Shown here one piece after another: positions 17,454 to 25,193 of a DNA stretch of 29,204 nucleotides. A program made the position numbers and the translations under genes. Source of the DNA: a virus. Its lineage: Duplodnaviria > Caudoviricetes. Location of the stretch: IMG/VR virus record IMGVR_UViG_3300020474_000074, positions 1 through 29,204 of that record; one strand, given 5' to 3'. The first letter of the stretch is position 1. The number at the start of each line of letters is the position of its first letter. The notes below the pieces were generated by a model. It did not search any database. It worked only from the letters and a program-made list of their open reading frames with translations, and had not been told where the DNA came from.

Positions 17454-18817
17454 TCTTGGCAATCACATGTAAGGTCTTCATTTAAAATGTCCTCTAGATA
17501 ACTCTCAACGTATTCTGAACCAATTGCAGCATATACGTCAGATTTATCTTGTGTATTCTCCATTACTTGTAATGAATAATATAGACTGGTTTGCGGAGAC
17601 CGAAGCCACTCTTCAACGAAATTATTATCGTAGATTACTTGGTCGCTCCAACTATTGAAGCTGTAACCATGAAGAAGTCCTGTGCGAGATAGTAAAGTCA
17701 TGATACCATCTGCAACTCTTTTATAATTTTCCCATCCAACATTAACAGCAATTTCTACATCACCATAGTTGTAAGTTTGTACTCCGAAAGTACCGCTGTC
17801 GCGATCGACTGTCTGCGAGATAGGTGGAGCGATTTCTGGTGTGCTAGTATAGCCATCCAGATCCAAGCTTCTATAACTGCAACTGGCGGTTGGAGCGATA
17901 GCAAAGGCTCGAACCATATTATTGTTGCGAGCGATTGTGGCTGCTTGATTAATTCCTGAAGCAAATTGAGAGACAAGTTCATACGCGGCAGATCGAATAG
18001 TTTCATTGTTGTTATATTGATCTAACGCTCTTCCAAATTGTTCGTAAGTCACTCCGTAACGTCGGAGGAGATTGGCCAGACCCAGCATTCCAAGTCCAAC
18101 TTGTCTATCGATTTCGGGGGATAGGTATTCACCAGTTGCTCCCACACCTGTTTTACTATGGAGTCTGCACAATTCGGACATGCCTTCAACAAAAGCACGG
18201 GGGATGTCGTCGAATTCACAGGCACCGAGATTGACATGTTGTAAGAGGCACGTTCCGCGTGAGGGCAAGTAAACCTCAAGGCAAACATTCCCGAAAATTC
18301 TGTTTCCTTCATTGTCATATCGGACTTTATTTAGCCATATATCTCCTGACTTGATTCCATGTAGTAGCTCTTCCTTAAACGTACAATCCTGCCACCACTC
18401 TTCAGTGATGTTGATGCATCGTTTGACCCAAGGAAGTTCGGATCTAGGAGTAGTAATGAACTCAAGAGCATCGGCATGATTAAGGGAAATATGAAGAACA
18501 ATCGCACCATTTTTGTAATGACCGCCTCTACGTAGGATTTCATTTAAAGAGCTATAAATTTTACCGAAAGATACGGGGCCAGATGCAACCACACCTGACT
18601 CCCTGACATAACCCTTAGGGTCAAGATCAGATAGGTGAATAGCACAACCTGCTCCGAATCTCAGGGCATGTGAAGCAAACCTCCAGCTTGCCTCAATACC
18701 ATTAGGTCCCTCCATTTCATTGGAGACCTTATAGACGGTACAGCTGACAGGAAGGCGACCAGTTGGGTCATCCATCCAAGATTGTACCCGTCCAGTGCGG
18801 GAGATTAGATTAGTCAT
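17450..18817 (-). CDS. nrdA: Ribonucleotide reductase alpha subunit, compact cyanopodovirus type
   Basis: PVSC, NVCLE finger loop, IAPTASCS, SLYY tyrosine pair and C-terminal CDC. Confidence 0.88.
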   Translation of the reverse strand: MTNLISRTGRVQSWMDDPTGRLPVSCTVYKVSNEMEGPNGIEASWRFASHALRFGAGCAIHLSDLDPKGYVRESGVVASGPVSFGKIYSSLNEILRRGGHYKNGAIVLHISLNHADALEFITTPRSELPWVKRCINITEEWWQDCTFKEELLHGIKSGDIWLNKVRYDNEGNRIFGNVCLEVYLPSRGTCLLQHVNLGACEFDDIPRAFVEGMSELCRLHSKTGVGATGEYLSPEIDRQVGLGMLGLANLLRRYGVTYEQFGRALDQYNNNETIRSAAYELVSQFASGINQAATIARNNNMVRAFAIAPTASCSYRSLDLDGYTSTPEIAPPISQTVDRDSGTFGVQTYNYGDVEIAVNVGWENYKRVADGIMTLLSRTGLLHGYSFNSWSDQVIYDNNFVEEWLRSPQTSLYYSLQVMENTQDKSDVYAAIGSEYVESYLEDILNEDLTCDCQE

Positions 18818-18869
18818 TTGTTGGTTTGATGTAATGATATTTTGGTTTAGCGTTCAACTGTTCCATTAT

Positions 18870-19067
18870 TTATTTGGCACGTGGTTTATGCTTGGTACGT
18901 AGGTTCTCTATTTTTTTATCTTGTTCTGAAATACGCCATTCAAGATCGTTAATTAATTCTAGAAGTGCATCAAATTTTTCCTCAGTATCCATCTCTTCGG
19001 TTGGACAACCGTAAACTGGATGTTCATAGCCAATCTTGTTTTGAAAAACATCGTTTGTATATCTCAT
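18870..19067 (-). CDS. Hypothetical protein
   Basis: 65 aa, coupled by TAATG, coiled-coil C-terminus. Confidence 0.6.
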   Translation of the reverse strand: MRYTNDVFQNKIGYEHPVYGCPTEEMDTEEKFDALLELINDLEWRISEQDKKIENLRTKHKPRAK

Positions 19068-19264
19068 TAGTTAACCTCCTGTGTTTTTGTTGGGCGCATT
19101 GCTTCCATGAAGGGAACCATTGCATTATCACCTTGGGTAGTGCGAATGTAATCAAGACATTGAGCTAACTGCCAATCGGCAGAGGCGCGCATATTCTCGG
19201 GGTCACAAGGGTGAACAGAGTCTTGGATTTGGTCGCAGATCTCGTCAGTCAGTGGGTGTGTCAT
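19067..19264 (-). CDS. Hypothetical protein
   Basis: 65 aa 'HPLTDEIC...MRASADWQL...EAMRP'. ATGA overlap with the MazG-like gene. Confidence 0.65.
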   Translation of the reverse strand: MTHPLTDEICDQIQDSVHPCDPENMRASADWQLAQCLDYIRTTQGDNAMVPFMEAMRPTKTQEVN

Positions 19265-19629
19265 ACCAAATCTTCAAAGGTTGCTTTCTTAAAATTTGGT
19301 CCCTTAAGAACCTTCCCATCTCCTCTGTAGATAGGCTTACCGTCTTCTCCCAACTTAGACATGTTCGCTTTATGAACACGTCTCATAGCTTCGTCTAGAT
19401 CCCATTCTTGGGATGCAGCATATTGGAAGCAGACATAGACAAGGTCAGCTAATTCATTGAGCTGTTCAGCCTCATCTTTGTGGTGATAAGCCTCATGGAA
19501 TTCACTCCATTCCTCATCGATCAAAGATTTCTGAGTCCCTCTCACTTTCCCACTCGTTGAAAGCTTGTAGGCTGCTCTGAATTGTTCCGCTTGATCCAGC
19601 AGAGATGGTGTGTTCAAGTTCATTTTCAA
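19261..19629 (-). CDS. mazG: MazG-like nucleoside triphosphate pyrophosphohydrolase
   Basis: EExxE...ELAD motif and 'RVHKANMSKLGEDGKPIYRGDGKVLKGPN'. Confidence 0.85.
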   Translation of the reverse strand: MKMNLNTPSLLDQAEQFRAAYKLSTSGKVRGTQKSLIDEEWSEFHEAYHHKDEAEQLNELADLVYVCFQYAASQEWDLDEAMRRVHKANMSKLGEDGKPIYRGDGKVLKGPNFKKATFEDLV

Positions 19630-19795
19630 GGTAGTTGATTGCTTGTTCTAGATCTCTTTGTTTAGTGTTGTTTTCTTTTTTACCAGCGCGGCAAACGTAT
19701 TTAACTACGTTCCCAAGATGAAAACTTAACTCTTGTTCTCGGATGAAGTCTCCGATTTTCCAATTGCTTCCGTAGTGTTCGGGTGATTGGGCCAT
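19514..19795 (-). CDS. DUF3310 family protein (T7 gp1.7-like)
   Basis: 'SPEHY...FHLGNVVKYVCRAGKK...DLEQAINYL'. Confidence 0.82.
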   Translation of the reverse strand: MAQSPEHYGSNWKIGDFIREQELSFHLGNVVKYVCRAGKKENNTKQRDLEQAINYLENELEHTISAGSSGTIQSSLQAFNEWESERDSEIFDR

Positions 19796-19953
19796 TTTTT
19801 CAATAAATTTGTCATGTTATTACCTAAAACAAAGCATTGCTTTTGTAATGCCATAAAAAGGGTAATAATATCTTTTTTATCTGCTTCAGGCAGCAAATCT
19901 TCAAGCCTTCTAAGCTTAAATTGTTGCTCCATTGTTAGATTAAATTCCGGCAT
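19726..19953 (-). CDS. nblA: NblA-like phycobilisome degradation adaptor (frame open upstream to 20121)
   Basis: 'LTMEQQFKLR...LFMALQKQ...NLLKKW' matches the NblA pattern L[ST]xEQxF...LxxQ...LxKxW. Confidence 0.75.
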   Translation of the reverse strand: MPEFNLTMEQQFKLRRLEDLLPEADKKDIITLFMALQKQCFVLGNNMTNLLKKWPNHPNTTEAIGKSETSSENKS

Positions 19954-20671
19954 CGGTGGGATCCCAGAGTATTGGTTGTTTTGCTGTCCAGTCATAATCA
20001 TCGGTGGTAAGAATCTTTGCAAGTCTTGCATTTTGCAGTGCAATGTCTTCACCAAGATCCTTCTCAGCAAATGCATCAACAACTGTTTTCCAAGTGTAAC
20101 CTTTTTCTTCAAACAAAGCAACTGCGCGTTTGATTCCTATCCCAGGTACACCACTGTAACCGTCCGTCTGGTCACCTGCAAGCGTTTGTATAAGGTGCCA
20201 GCGTTGTCCTTCTATAGCATCCACATTCACGGTTTCATCCATGTTGTAGAGCATCCCAGGTATCTGACGCATATCCTTATCAGGACTAACGATAATGTTA
20301 CCAGGATATTTAGTAGCGTAGATACCCATACTATCATCAGCTTCAAGAGTTGGGAGTATTACTACTTCATACTCATCTTTGAGAGCATTGATGACACGTT
20401 TGTATCCACAAGGTTTCTTACGATTACGGTGACCTTTATAAGCAGGCATGATTTCCTTACGAAAGTTAGTACTATCACTAAAGAAAAGAACTACTTCAGG
20501 TACATCCCACATGAACTTGGTTTTAATTTTATTTAGTTCACGTTTAACAGCTGAATAGGCTTCACTGAATTTGCTGACAACTACAATTACATCGTCACCA
20601 AAGTCTAGGTCAGACTCTGCACCAGCGCAAGCTTTATAAACAATGTAATCGGCGTCAACATTTAGCTTCAT
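19940..20671 (-). CDS. 5'-3' exonuclease (gp6-like)
   Basis: DAD, 'YKGHR', 'LEADD', 'DKDMRQIPG' and 'GDQTDGYSGVPGIG'. Confidence 0.93.
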   Translation of the reverse strand: MKLNVDADYIVYKACAGAESDLDFGDDVIVVVSKFSEAYSAVKRELNKIKTKFMWDVPEVVLFFSDSTNFRKEIMPAYKGHRNRKKPCGYKRVINALKDEYEVVILPTLEADDSMGIYATKYPGNIIVSPDKDMRQIPGMLYNMDETVNVDAIEGQRWHLIQTLAGDQTDGYSGVPGIGIKRAVALFEEKGYTWKTVVDAFAEKDLGEDIALQNARLAKILTTDDYDWTAKQPILWDPTDAGI

Positions 20672-20796
20672 TTACCTTGTCCTCTATATTTCTTTTTACC
20701 CTTTCGTGGTTTACTATGCAAACCGTTACCCTGACGTGTTTTCTTCGATGTAAAAGGTACTACGGTAATTACCCCCATCAATGACTTACTTCTCAT
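20668..20796 (-). CDS. Small basic protein, 42 aa (…KKTRQGNG…KKKYRGQGK)
   Basis: Read by hand. TAATG and ATGA overlaps with the polymerase and exonuclease genes. Confidence 0.65.
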   Translation of the reverse strand: MRSKSLMGVITVVPFTSKKTRQGNGLHSKPRKGKKKYRGQGK

Positions 20797-22067
20797 TAGT
20801 GTGTTTCACTCCAGTTTTTTCCTTGTTTTGCTTCCGCGTCGATTCTAACTCTGAGGTTGTAGTATTCTCCAGCTGCGAGACTGCTAAATACCAAGGATGT
20901 TGATAAGTCAGCTGCGTGTTCAGGGGAACACTCGAATTGTAATTCGTCATGTATGAAAGCTAGTTGAGAACAATTTAAATTTAATTTTTTTATGTTTTGT
21001 TGGTTGATAACCATCCAACGTTTTGCCAAGATTGCAGAGTTACCTTGAAGGCAGTAGTTCAACGCTTTATGCGGGCTATCCACCATAATTTTTCTGCCAT
21101 CGATAGACTTGAGAAAACCTCGCTCCGCTGCTTTCTTGATAGCCTCAAGTAATTTATCCAGCCCATCAATCGCTTGAATGTAGGCTTCTCTGATCTCTTT
21201 TCCTTTCTTCTTGGCTTTCGCGGATGAAAGAAGTTTGTCATAGCTGTGTCCAATTTTTTCGTCACCTGCACCATACAAAAATGCGTATGAAATTGTCTTG
21301 ATTTGTTTGCGAGAAACGCCCACCTTATCTGCATTTACTTGGTGTATATCTCCATTGAGGAGGATGTCTCTGTACCTATTTCCATCGTATCGGGATAGGA
21401 AATGGCTAAGCATACGAAGCTCAATCCCAGACAAATCAGCAGCGACCATGATTTTACCCGGAGATGGTATAAAAAGTTCTCTAAATCTAGGGTCACTTGG
21501 CACTTGGGCGAGATTTGGATTTCTGTGTGCACAGCGAAAAGTGGAAGTAGCAACGGAACAATGATGATGTATTCTATTAGCAGTCGTAGATAGCTTCAGC
21601 CACGCGTTCGCGCCTTCTGATATCATTCCAAGCATCTTCGTTATCGTCAAAATCCGCAGGAATGCAAGGGCAGTCGATGTCCCTATCTCCTTCAGTATCG
21701 GTTCGTCGATGATGGGCTTCCCAGTAGGTGTCGTCTGGGTTGGAATCCAACCATGAAATGTTTGCAGGATCCATGCTATATGATCTCTTGATGTAGGATT
21801 TAATTCTTTAAGGCGTGTAAGTGCAGCACCTTTGACATAGCCTTGGGTCCGATTATCTCGTTTAGGAGTAAATACTGGTCCGGCAACGTAAGGATGCCTG
21901 TTACGTAGTAGTTGATAAGTTTCTTCAAGCTCTTGTCTGAGAGTTGATGCAAGTTGCCATGCAGAGCGTTCATCAAAGCACCATCCATGTAATTCTTGTT
22001 TTGTGAGGATTTCCGCTGCTTCATGTTCTAGCGCAACCCATTCAGGTATGGTTGGAAGTGTGTCCAA
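20796..22067 (-). CDS. Family A DNA polymerase, polymerase domain (gp5 C-terminal part)
   Basis: Motif A DLSGIELR, motif B KTISYAFLYG (Tyr at the 762-equivalent position), motif C HDELQ. Confidence 0.95.
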   Translation of the reverse strand: MDTLPTIPEWVALEHEAAEILTKQELHGWCFDERSAWQLASTLRQELEETYQLLRNRHPYVAGPVFTPKRDNRTQGYVKGAALTRLKELNPTSRDHIAWILQTFHGWIPTQTTPTGKPIIDEPILKEIGTSTALAFLRILTITKMLGMISEGANAWLKLSTTANRIHHHCSVATSTFRCAHRNPNLAQVPSDPRFRELFIPSPGKIMVAADLSGIELRMLSHFLSRYDGNRYRDILLNGDIHQVNADKVGVSRKQIKTISYAFLYGAGDEKIGHSYDKLLSSAKAKKKGKEIREAYIQAIDGLDKLLEAIKKAAERGFLKSIDGRKIMVDSPHKALNYCLQGNSAILAKRWMVINQQNIKKLNLNCSQLAFIHDELQFECSPEHAADLSTSLVFSSLAAGEYYNLRVRIDAEAKQGKNWSETH

Positions 22068-22567
22068 AGTTTTTTAGTTACAGTAACGTCTTGTATCATG
22101 TAATTTTCCATTTCTGGTGTCCATTCTTTCCAATCGGTATCTTCGCAGTAATCACCTTTATGTTCATTAAGACGGTAACCCCAAGATGCTAGTGAATGTG
22201 ATCCATAAAGTTTAAGTGGCATACCCTCCCATGTTTTTTGTTTGTCAATTTCTGTCAAGTTCGGGTGATAAAGACGGCTAAGCAAAAGAGTATCCAAGCA
22301 ATCACCAATACGTCTAAACCAGGGGTAAAACTTATTGATGATAGGAATATCGTACCCAATAATGTTATGACCGATAATGTAATCAGCGTCTTCGAGTAAT
22401 TGGATACCGCGTACGATAGGTTCCGTTGCTTTTCTCTCCGTTGCTGACTGAAACGATTGGTCATTAAATACCATTGTTTTTTCAGTTTGAGTGTCATAAA
22501 TACAAAGGCAGTGGATTTTGGTAGCATCACGTAATAAACCGTCAGTTTCTAAATCAAAGATTAGCAT
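22028..22567 (-). CDS. DNA polymerase 3'-5' exonuclease domain (gp5 N-terminal part)
   Basis: ExoI DLETDG, ExoII HNIIGYD, 'HSLASWGYRL' and ExoIII YMIQD. Confidence 0.93.
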   Translation of the reverse strand: MLIFDLETDGLLRDATKIHCLCIYDTQTEKTMVFNDQSFQSATERKATEPIVRGIQLLEDADYIIGHNIIGYDIPIINKFYPWFRRIGDCLDTLLLSRLYHPNLTEIDKQKTWEGMPLKLYGSHSLASWGYRLNEHKGDYCEDTDWKEWTPEMENYMIQDVTVTKKLWTHFQPYLNGLR

Positions 22568-22768
22568 TCAACGTCCTTGCCAGTGATAGGTTTTATCAAC
22601 AAACTTAGCACGTTTCACTTCTTCTTCAGTAGGAGGATTAGGCTTATGTAATGATAAATCAATACGAAACGGTACATTTTCTTTAATAAATTCTTCGTTC
22701 ATGGCTTCGTATTCAGAAATCTGTTTCTGCGTTAAATTCTGCTGGTTCTGTAGTTTCATTATATTCAC
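22568..22768 (-). CDS. Hypothetical protein
   Basis: Fills the gap between gp4 and gp5 and abuts the polymerase ATG. Start uncertain. Confidence 0.55.
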   Translation of the reverse strand: MNIMKLQNQQNLTQKQISEYEAMNEEFIKENVPFRIDLSLHKPNPPTEEEVKRAKFVDKTYHWQGR

Positions 22769-24329
22769 AGGTAGATAAGTTAAACTTTAGTCTGCAAGCG
22801 ACACCATCTTCGCCAGAATTTCTATTTTTAAGGACTCTAACAATCGTTGTATTTCTATCAGATTCACTCTGCTGATCTCTTTCGAGTGCAATAACATTGT
22901 CACTGAGCTGACCAATGCTTCTACTTCCTCGAAGGTTTCGCAGTTGCACCCTGCCGCCTTCTTCATGTGATTGTCCATTTGTGGGTGTTGTTGTGTGACA
23001 TACTAAGAAAAGTGCTATACCTGTGCGTTCTACAAGTGAGCGTAACCGAGTCATAGTAACGTCAATCATTCGACGTTCATCTCCCTCAAGACCACTCATT
23101 AAGATTGATAGGTGGTCAAGGAAAATAACTTTACAATCAAGTCCTGAGGCTAGGTATTCAATCCTGTTATAGATAATATCAGGTTCATATGAACCAAAAC
23201 CGTCAAATAAGAATAAATCCCAATCTTTTACTGTTTTATCAAATGCTTCTGTCAATTCTTCATTAGTACGTTGTTCCAAATGTAATGATTTACGTACTCC
23301 AACTGACATTAAACCTAGACCTGTTCTTCTGACACTTTCTTCAAGCGCCAGGTAACCGATCCTGACCTTTTGCTGCAATAGGTGAGCTGCAATTTCACGA
23401 CAGAAGCTGGATTTTCCGATACCAGAACCTGCTGTAATCGTTGTAAGCTCCCCCAGCCTGATCCCTCGTAGTTCCTTTTCAAGTCCTTGGAATGGGTAGT
23501 CATAATCTGCTGGTGGTTGTGGTGTAGTTAATACTTCGAGTAAAGATTTTGCGTCTACAATACCATCAGGTCTGAATTCCTTACGTTTAAAGAATGCATC
23601 ATCGATAGCCTTGTTATCGCCAGCTTGTAAGGCGTCTGAAAGGTCTTTGTAAGCCTCTAGACGGGCGATGTAAGCCTTGCCAGGTGGTAGTACACCTGCA
23701 GCGTCCTCAGCAGCCTTCTGACCCGGTTCATCAGAATCAAACCAAAGCAATATTTCTTCATAACCTTGAAGAAACTCTAGGTTTTTCTGTACTGCTTTCT
23801 TGGCTCCTGCCGCACCACTAGGTAATGATACTACAGGCCAACTTGGAAATAGCTCTGCATAAGACACACAATCAAGCTCACCTTCAGTGATGATTATACG
23901 CTTACCACTGTTACTCCATAAATGTTGTCCAAAGAATGTACCAGGAGATTCTCCTTCATAAGTAAACTGCTTGTCTTTAGTTTTTATCTTAGCACCTTTT
24001 ACAATGCCAGATGGATCGTGATAGTAAAACCTTAACTTGTCTCCATCACGATATATTTTAAATTTCTCACATGTTGCTTGGCTTATCTTACGTTTCTGCA
24101 GCCGTTCGGCTGAGCCTTTGATTTCCAATTTGTTATTATTGTGAATGTGTACAGGTTCCTCATCACCTTGAGTATAAGTATGACATACAAAACAATAACT
24201 GTGGTCAGTATAGATAGCATTGCCATCTGATGATCCACAATTATCGCAAGGTCCGTGTCTTATAAACTCAGATGAGCCAGTCGATTGGTATGTTGTGGAA
24301 TGATGTCCACGGTATGTTGTGTTTGTCAC
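22713..24329 (-). CDS. Primase-helicase (gp4-like), start codon uncertain
   Basis: Zn finger CDNC..CFVC, TOPRIM EGELD/FDSD, Walker A AGSGIGKS, DHL and LRGS. Nearest in-frame near-cognate start is GTG at 24329. Confidence 0.93.
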   Translation of the reverse strand: MTNTTYRGHHSTTYQSTGSSEFIRHGPCDNCGSSDGNAIYTDHSYCFVCHTYTQGDEEPVHIHNNNKLEIKGSAERLQKRKISQATCEKFKIYRDGDKLRFYYHDPSGIVKGAKIKTKDKQFTYEGESPGTFFGQHLWSNSGKRIIITEGELDCVSYAELFPSWPVVSLPSGAAGAKKAVQKNLEFLQGYEEILLWFDSDEPGQKAAEDAAGVLPPGKAYIARLEAYKDLSDALQAGDNKAIDDAFFKRKEFRPDGIVDAKSLLEVLTTPQPPADYDYPFQGLEKELRGIRLGELTTITAGSGIGKSSFCREIAAHLLQQKVRIGYLALEESVRRTGLGLMSVGVRKSLHLEQRTNEELTEAFDKTVKDWDLFLFDGFGSYEPDIIYNRIEYLASGLDCKVIFLDHLSILMSGLEGDERRMIDVTMTRLRSLVERTGIALFLVCHTTTPTNGQSHEEGGRVQLRNLRGSRSIGQLSDNVIALERDQQSESDRNTTIVRVLKNRNSGEDGVACRLKFNLSTCEYNETTEPAEFNAETDF

Positions 24330-24621
24330 ACCATTTTGCGTATGTTGTTTTTGATCCTTTACTAATTTTATTATATGGAGACTGGAAGACCATACGTAAA
24401 TCAAGTTCAGGGTGTTGTTCTTTTACATTCTTGATCTTACGTCTATCTTCAGCTTCCCAATAACCTTTACATTCTAAATATACACCATTAGGTAATAGAA
24501 AATCAGGAGTGTAGATATGCTGAATGATATAAGGAACCTTTGTTGATTCATACTCATATTTAACACCCAGCTCACACATAAGATCAGCAACTCGTTCTTC
24601 GAGACCTGATCGAAATGCCAT
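24268..24621 (-). CDS. Endonuclease I / Holliday junction resolvase (gp3-like)
   Basis: 'FRSGLEE', 'YTPDFLLPNG', 'ECKG' and 'SKTTYAKWCDKH'. Confidence 0.95.
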   Translation of the reverse strand: MAFRSGLEERVADLMCELGVKYEYESTKVPYIIQHIYTPDFLLPNGVYLECKGYWEAEDRRKIKNVKEQHPELDLRMVFQSPYNKISKGSKTTYAKWCDKHNIPWTSFHNIPIDWLI

Positions 24622-25193
24622 TAGAAGTCGTCTTCAACCTCCTCTTCAACAACAGTAGGTGTAACATTTGGTGCACTTTGCTTGAAACCTTTAGTAGTTC
24701 CAAATAGTGCAGCTACATCTTCAGTACTCATATCTCCTGCATCCACTCCAGCAGCACCGCTAAGTGCAACGATCTGTACTCCAAGTAGTTTAAGACTTGT
24801 ACCGTAAGTAACGCCATCACGCATCACATAAGGTTTCTGATAGAACGCTAGGTTTACCTTTGTTCCACTATAAGCAGGGATGTTTGTATCAGTAATAATT
24901 GTCCCTTCAGTGTCAACTACAGGGGGCTTTTCATCCTCAGGCCAGCTGAACTTAATTGTGTATTGTCCTTCAGATACCTCTTCCCATGGTTCAGGTCGTA
25001 GTGTTGAACGCTTAGGGTTTTTTAGTTTGGATTCGCACCATTTTAAGTTTTCTGTACGTTCTTCTTCGAGACTTTCTACTACATCTTCAGACACTAAAGC
25101 TTTTAGGCTATAGCCAAACTTAGATGGTTTCAGTATAGCTTGGAATCCTTCAAGGACTACAGGCTGTTCAGTTTTGTGGATTGTACGTGGCAT
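24621..25193 (-). CDS. ssDNA-binding protein (gp2.5-like)
   Basis: Acidic C-terminal tail ending in Phe (EEEVEDDF). Lies between RNAP and gp3. Confidence 0.88.
   Translation of the reverse strand: MPRTIHKTEQPVVLEGFQAILKPSKFGYSLKALVSEDVVESLEEERTENLKWCESKLKNPKRSTLRPEPWEEVSEGQYTIKFSWPEDEKPPVVDTEGTIITDTNIPAYSGTKVNLAFYQKPYVMRDGVTYGTSLKLLGVQIVALSGAAGVDAGDMSTEDVAALFGTTKGFKQSAPNVTPTVVEEEVEDDF

Noticed and set aside
18810-18866. 18-aa mini-ORF (MEQLNAKPKYHYIKPTND) before nrdA
   Set aside because: Too short to support. It may be a coupling peptide or remnant, but there is no independent evidence.
19787-20536. 249-aa plus-strand ORF
   Set aside because: Antisense to the exonuclease and nblA genes, with no motifs, in a genome that is otherwise all minus-strand.
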